Below, in pieces: positions 27,488 to 32,607 of a stretch of 32,607 bases of DNA. Below the pieces are notes generated by a model. That model was not told the DNA's origin and ran no database searches. It saw only the letters and a list, made by a program, of their open reading frames with translations. The stretch is from Spirochaetota bacterium (GTDB taxonomy: Bacteria; Spirochaetota; UBA4802; UBA5550): the NCBI GenBank assembly GCA_050298055.1, contig JBNKTL010000055.1, positions 1 through 32,607 on the forward strand, given 5' to 3'. The position numbers were made by a program, and so were the translations under genes. Positions within the stretch are counted from its first letter, which is position 1. The number at the start of each line of letters is the position of its first letter.

Positions 27488-28213
27488 TTATATCAGTATG
27501 TAGTAATTAATGCCAAAAAGAATTATATTACTGTCTATGGTTATTGAGATCTCCGATGTTGAATCCTTACTCTTTATCATGGGGGATGATCCCATCTGGT
27601 GTATCCATTCACCGGTGAAAGTATATTTATCCGTCAGGGGGAATTCAATACCGGCAATGATATGGAATCCTCCGAACATTCCACTGTACCTGTTTAACCT
27701 GTCATCTGGCGTTACATATCCGTCTCCGGGTATTGTCTGTTCAACGCTCACATAACAGAAGTGGAGGTTCAACCCGCCTCCCAGGTAAGCCAGGGCTCTC
27801 TTTTTTAGAGGGACGATAAGAGCAATTGAACCGGGAAAAGATGCCTGGGAACTTTCAATTGTTATCTCATTCTCTCCGGAAGCAGTTTTGAGTGATCCGT
27901 CCGATTTGGGAAACAGGGCCCTTGTATACGTACCGCCAATCCTGAAAAGGAGATAATTAAAATTATACCTGAAGTTCACACCGAAAATCGGCGTATAGGG
28001 ATTGTTTATCTGGTCAACATCAGTATCGGGATTAGCTGTTTTATATGCAAGCATGTTCATGTTGTATTCATTGAGTGTATCATCAAGGTTGTTGGGATCA
28101 TGTGTTATGCCAAAGTTGATACCAACACCAATATCACCTATGGGATAGACTTCATTTGAGAAGAAGAATATTAAGATTATTACTGCAATTGATATGGCTT
28201 TTCCTGTTTTCAT
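27488..28213 (-). CDS. OmpL1-like outer-membrane beta-barrel, paralog 3
   Basis: Signal peptide; NYLLFRIGGTYT, SFPGSI, AYLGGGLN, AGIEF..FTGEW and C-terminal FGINYY. Start set at ATG 28213. Confidence 0.75.
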   Translation of the reverse strand: MKTGKAISIAVIILIFFFSNEVYPIGDIGVGINFGITHDPNNLDDTLNEYNMNMLAYKTANPDTDVDQINNPYTPIFGVNFRYNFNYLLFRIGGTYTRALFPKSDGSLKTASGENEITIESSQASFPGSIALIVPLKKRALAYLGGGLNLHFCYVSVEQTIPGDGYVTPDDRLNRYSGMFGGFHIIAGIEFPLTDKYTFTGEWIHQMGSSPMIKSKDSTSEISITIDSNIILFGINYYILI

Positions 28214-28220
28214 TCTTTTC

Positions 28221-28967
28221 CTATTTCTTCTCGTCTTTGCCGGGATTAAAGTAAAAGGAAAACCCCAGAGTCCACCTGTATCCTGAAAAATCCACTCGTG
28301 CATAATCAGGACCGCTATCGCTTTTAACCCTGCTTACTCCTTTATAATAAGAAATCGTTGATGTCAGGGAAAGGGTATTGGTAAGATAATGGTCACCGGC
28401 CAGAATAAAAACCAGGGGTAATGCCCACCCGGTTACAGATGTTGACTGGTTCAGTGTTGCTGATTTAAAGCTGCTGCTCTGACTTCCATAAGCATAGGCA
28501 ATGCCGCCGCTTAAAGAAATTCTTATATCTTTCCAGAATGGTATGGAAACTCCCACTGTCAGGGGAAAATCGCATGCCCACATTGAGTATTTCACGGCAA
28601 CCACATCATCAGCAGGATCAAGGGTCTTCCCCTTACCCCCATAAAAACTCTTAAGATAATTTGCACCGACCCTTATCATGAGGTAATTAAGGACTATCAC
28701 CTTCCCTTCAAATCCACCCACAACTCCGAGCAGCCTCTCTATCTCTTCGGTGTCTCTGCCGGCCATCTCCCTGTTGATGCTGTCAATGCCGCTCTCCACA
28801 CCGAGCGTCATTTCCTGGATATATGTATTCATGCTTCCACCCATTGCCGGGGCCAGACCTGTATAGATACCAAAGCCGATTTCAGGGTAATCCGCATTTG
28901 CCCCCGGAGGCCTGAGGAGAAGCAGTATTAAGACCGATATAATTATTTTTATCTTCTTCTGATACAT
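28221..28967 (-). CDS. OmpL1-like outer-membrane beta-barrel, paralog 2
   Basis: Signal peptide; NYLMIRVGANY, DFPLTVGVSI and SGYRWTLGFSFYF. Start set at ATG 28967. Confidence 0.72.
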   Translation of the reverse strand: MYQKKIKIIISVLILLLLRPPGANADYPEIGFGIYTGLAPAMGGSMNTYIQEMTLGVESGIDSINREMAGRDTEEIERLLGVVGGFEGKVIVLNYLMIRVGANYLKSFYGGKGKTLDPADDVVAVKYSMWACDFPLTVGVSIPFWKDIRISLSGGIAYAYGSQSSSFKSATLNQSTSVTGWALPLVFILAGDHYLTNTLSLTSTISYYKGVSRVKSDSGPDYARVDFSGYRWTLGFSFYFNPGKDEKK

Positions 28968-28977
28968 ATTAAAACTG

Positions 28978-29622
28978 TTAAAGAATGTAGTAAGAAGCTC
29001 CAATGTAAATTCTGTGCCCGGTGTAATCCACGCTGAAATCCTTCCATGTATTTGTTGTACTGGTATTGATAACCGGCCCTGTTCTTCCGGAGATATATTC
29101 CCATTCGGCAATAATTCTTATGTTGTTACCGGCCCTGAGCTGGACTCCCGTCAAGAACCCGGTACCAAAATCATTTTCTTTGATCTTTACTTTTTCAGTT
29201 GTTGTTTCAAGTTCACCGCTTCCCATGATGAAAACAAGACCGAAACCCATGAAAAATTTACCTCTGTCCCTGATCCTGAAATTTAAACCCGCGTACAGGG
29301 GGATTGAGGTATACTGGATATTTACCGATTCCAGCGTACCAATACTGTTATTGAGCACCTTCCCTTTTGAAAAAAGGATGGTCCTGTCCGCTCCCGTTCT
29401 GAAAAAAACAGGGTCCCTGTCCAGCTTTAATGTTACACCGAGAATGACATTATGCTGCCCTTCAAAATCCGCTCCTTTCTGCCCGCTGAGATTTCCCACA
29501 TCATACTGAAGCCCCGCATGACCGCCCACTCCAACATACTCACCGGCATTAATTCCTGAATAACTGAAAACCAGAATAAGCAGGAGAGAAATAAGAACTG
29601 TTTTTTTCACTCTATTCATCAT
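28978..29622 (-). CDS. OmpL1-like outer-membrane beta-barrel, paralog 1
   Basis: GLQYDVGNL, FFRTGAD, SIPLYAGLNF, FMGFGL and FLTGVQ match Leptospira OmpL1 blocks as I recall them (GLQLDLGQL, FWRVAAE, IPATVGIK, YMGAGL, FLIGTQ). Confidence 0.78.
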   Translation of the reverse strand: MMNRVKKTVLISLLLILVFSYSGINAGEYVGVGGHAGLQYDVGNLSGQKGADFEGQHNVILGVTLKLDRDPVFFRTGADRTILFSKGKVLNNSIGTLESVNIQYTSIPLYAGLNFRIRDRGKFFMGFGLVFIMGSGELETTTEKVKIKENDFGTGFLTGVQLRAGNNIRIIAEWEYISGRTGPVINTSTTNTWKDFSVDYTGHRIYIGASYYIL

Positions 29623-29689
29623 TAAGTAATTTTCCGAAAACTGATAGATTCTCATTGGAAGTAACGATAAAGTCAAGAATATTATTTTA

Positions 29690-29946
29690 GATCCGGGTTT
29701 CGAATTATTTGAGAAGAATTTTGAACCGCAAAGGCGCTAAGGACGCAAAGGAAGAGAAAGAGTGTTTTATTTACTGTCACAGAGAACTCAGCGTGAGCAT
29801 CTGCTGTGTTCCCCGAGTGATTTGCCGCTTTATTGATACAGTGCTTTGTGTTTTAAAATGCGGCAAATTGTATCGAGGGGAACAGATCATTACATCGTTT
29901 CACTCCTCATGACGACAGGATCTTTAACCTGGAACTCGAAACCTGA
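29690..29946. repeat. Composite nested cluster of several small repeat families
   Basis: Heptamer arms at 29690-29706 and 29926-29946; 9-mer CGCAAAG array at 29724-29750; CTGTC...GACAG element at 29774-29918; inner IRs TGTTCCCC/GGGGAACA and ATTTGCCGC/GCGGCAAAT. Confidence 0.7.
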
Positions 29947-30015
29947 GAAACTTTTCTGGCAGATTTAAAATTTTGGTATATAATATAAAATTTATTCTTT
30001 ACATCTCATCATAAT

Positions 30016-30471
30016 ATGCAGAATAAAAGAATGTCGGTTAAAAAATTCTTCATATCATCAGTCATATTGTTTTTTCTTTTTGATGCGGGCTGCTCAACCT
30101 CTCAAAAAACAGGTGTCCGGGATATTCGAAAAGAGATGGAATCAACCAGAAATTTCATAAACAGGAAAAAAAGCAATCTTCCCCTTATAAAGAAAAGAAA
30201 GGCCGGGGAAACAGGATTTTACTACGTAATTGATCTTGAGGGAGTAATCCTTTTCCATCCAAGGGGACTTCTTGTGGGCAGCAGCTTCAAAAGGTACAGT
30301 TTTATAAAAAAAATCATCCACTTGAGGTCGGGGTGCATCAGGTATCAAGCAGGTGAGATACAACAGCTGGTTTTCTTCATGCCTCTGAATGAAAAGAGTA
30401 TTCTCTGCCTTTCCATTCCCGCGGAAGAGGTTAAGAACCGCAAAGAGAGATGTGAAGAGATAAAACCTTAA
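30016..30471 (+). CDS. Lipoprotein with a stand-alone Cache-like domain
   Basis: Hydrophobic signal with a lipobox-like DAG-C; GETGFYYVIDLEGVILFHP...LVG...SGCIRY resembles the membrane-proximal Cache subdomain. Confidence 0.72.
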   Translation: MQNKRMSVKKFFISSVILFFLFDAGCSTSQKTGVRDIRKEMESTRNFINRKKSNLPLIKKRKAGETGFYYVIDLEGVILFHPRGLLVGSSFKRYSFIKKIIHLRSGCIRYQAGEIQQLVFFMPLNEKSILCLSIPAEEVKNRKERCEEIKP

Positions 30472-30531
30472 GGCGACGTGCCGCAATACTATCCCAGGTA
30501 AAAACTTAAACCTCCTGCCATGCTCCCATAT

Positions 30532-30562
30532 AAAAAAGAACGACAGGCCGGGACCTGTTGTT
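30532..30562. terminator. Possible bidirectional intrinsic terminator between the Cache lipoprotein gene and ilvC
   Basis: AACGACAGG-ccggga-CCTGTTGTT hairpin preceded by an A-tract, which is a U-tract on the minus strand. Confidence 0.35.
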
Positions 30563-30631
30563 ATAAGGAATTATTTGTAATGGATGAAGGAAACGATATA
30601 CCCGCGGAAGGAGTATCAGACAAGTTCTTTC

Positions 30632-30705
30632 ATTCCGAGGTCCAAATTCCGGTTTTGTAATATCCTCTGTTTTTCAACCCGGAACTCGGAACTCGGAACT
30701 CGGAA

Positions 30706-30707
<2 letters not shown>
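30632..30707. repeat. Heptamer tandem array (AACTCGG)n with a degenerate inverted partner
   Basis: AACCCGG AACTCGG AACTCGG AACTCGG AACT (30676-30707) facing ATTCCGA GGTCCAA ATTCCGG (30632-30652). Confidence 0.75.
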
Positions 30708-31737
<1,030 letters not shown>

Positions 31738-31770
31738 TCAGCTATGTATAAGAATAATCATATTCACTAA

Positions 31771-31869
31771 AAAAGATAACAGATATGGTCCCCGCCGCCG
31801 AAGGCGGCGGGGACATATTGTTCATATTTTAGTAAATAGATCAATCCCAGCCATATATCCGAGTAGTAA
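31771..31869. repeat. ~100-nt dispersed structured element, copy 2
   Basis: Homologous to 16481-16578. Perfect hairpin GTCCCCGCCGCC-GAA-GGCGGCGGGGAC. Confidence 0.8.
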
Positions 31870-31904
31870 CAATGTGTGTGACTATTCAGCTATATTATTA
31901 ATAT

Positions 31905-32381
31905 CTACTGCCTGGATAATGAGATTCGTCCCGTTCTCAGGAGTTCTTTTATTCCGTAAGGTCTCAGGAGTTCAATAAAGTTCTCCACCTTGTCCGGAAC
32001 ACCCTTGACTCCCAGCGTCATGGTCTTTGCCGAAATTTCGGCAATCTCCGCATTGAATATCTCAACAAGCTGGTATATCTCACCCCGTCTTGACTGCTGC
32101 GCATTGACTTTTATGAGTGCCAGTTCTCTCTCTATTGACTGCTGCCCTGAGTGGTCAGATATTTTGATAACATCTATCAGCTTGTTAAGCTGCTTCTTCA
32201 CCTGTTCGATGACCCTGTCGTCACCCTTAACGACTATGGTCATGACAGATACATCTTCATGCTCTGTAGCACTGACAGTCAGGGAGTCGATATTGTACCC
32301 ACGGGCCGAGAAGAGACCGGCAACTCTGGCAAGTACCCCGAATTTATTTTCAACCTTTACTGATATTACATGCTGGCTCAT
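31905..32381 (-). CDS. ilvN: Acetolactate synthase small (regulatory) subunit
   Basis: VENKFGVLARVAGLFSARGYNIDSL, KQLNKLIDV, ERELALIKV and RTG. Confidence 0.97.
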   Translation of the reverse strand: MSQHVISVKVENKFGVLARVAGLFSARGYNIDSLTVSATEHEDVSVMTIVVKGDDRVIEQVKKQLNKLIDVIKISDHSGQQSIERELALIKVNAQQSRRGEIYQLVEIFNAEIAEISAKTMTLGVKGVPDKVENFIELLRPYGIKELLRTGRISLSRQ

Positions 32382-32607
32382 GCCAATTCCCTCGTTATCA
32401 TTTCCTTAACAGATTTCCCGGACGGGACCATGGGGTAAACATTCTCCTCCTTGGATATATGAAAGTCGATAACAATAGGCCTGTCCTTTATACTCAGCGC
32501 TTTTTTTATGGCCGGTTCCACTTCTTCATATTTTGTGACGATAATACCCGCGGCACCGTAAGCCTCCGCAAGTTTTTGAAAATCGGGAGCGAAGTTTATA
32601 AAGGTGT
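32378..32607 (-). CDS. ilvB: Acetolactate synthase large subunit, C-terminal fragment cut by the window edge
   Basis: My translation gives ...PDFQKLAEAYGAAG...DFHISKEENVYPMVPSG...ELA*. Its TGA overlaps the ilvN ATG (ATGA). Confidence 0.93.
   Translation of the reverse strand, partial: TFINFAPDFQKLAEAYGAAGIIVTKYEEVEPAIKKALSIKDRPIVIDFHISKEENVYPMVPSGKSVKEMITRELA

Noticed and set aside
28214..29111. Long overlaps between porin ORFs in the ORF track
   Set aside because: Downstream ATGs at 28213 and 28967 give proper signal peptides and remove the overlaps.
29709..29912. 67-aa Cys-rich ORF
   Set aside because: TTG start without an RBS, and it is simply the translation of the nested repeat cluster.
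30472..30630. Possible ncRNA between the Cache lipoprotein gene and ilvC
   Set aside because: Only one modest hairpin; no recognisable tRNA, SRP, 6S or riboswitch motif.

Overview
The window is about 32.6 kb of mostly minus-strand bacterial chromosome from an anaerobe. It is most likely a Leptospira-related spirochaete, inferred from three OmpL1-like porins and the LolA-RodZ-RimO-PgsA block. Left part: 3' end of an aldehyde:ferredoxin oxidoreductase, a vapBC pair with its own promoter and operator, a double zinc-ribbon membrane protein, PBP1A, two exported hypotheticals, and a 76-aa orphan ORF bracketed by three copies of a TACCG-NN-CGGTA palindrome. Next is one long co-oriented run: lolA-rodZ-rimO-pgsA-pgpA-pentaheme cytochrome c-HIT-four-subunit 2-oxoacid:ferredoxin oxidoreductase (Vor type)-ACT protein. 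The middle holds acetoacetate-CoA ligase plus a CBS/ACT (AcuB-like) gene, divergent from coaE and an internally deleted sirtuin, followed by an MBL hydrolase, glgP and an orphan PAS histidine kinase. Right part: three tandem OmpL1-like porins followed by pilD, a stand-alone Cache-domain lipoprotein, and ilvB(part)-ilvN-ilvC. I saw no rRNA, tRNA, CRISPR array, integrase or transposase. The intergenic DNA carries several small palindromic repeat families, including a nested cluster and a two-copy ~100-nt structured element. All family assignments come from motif recognition by eye; no searches were run.
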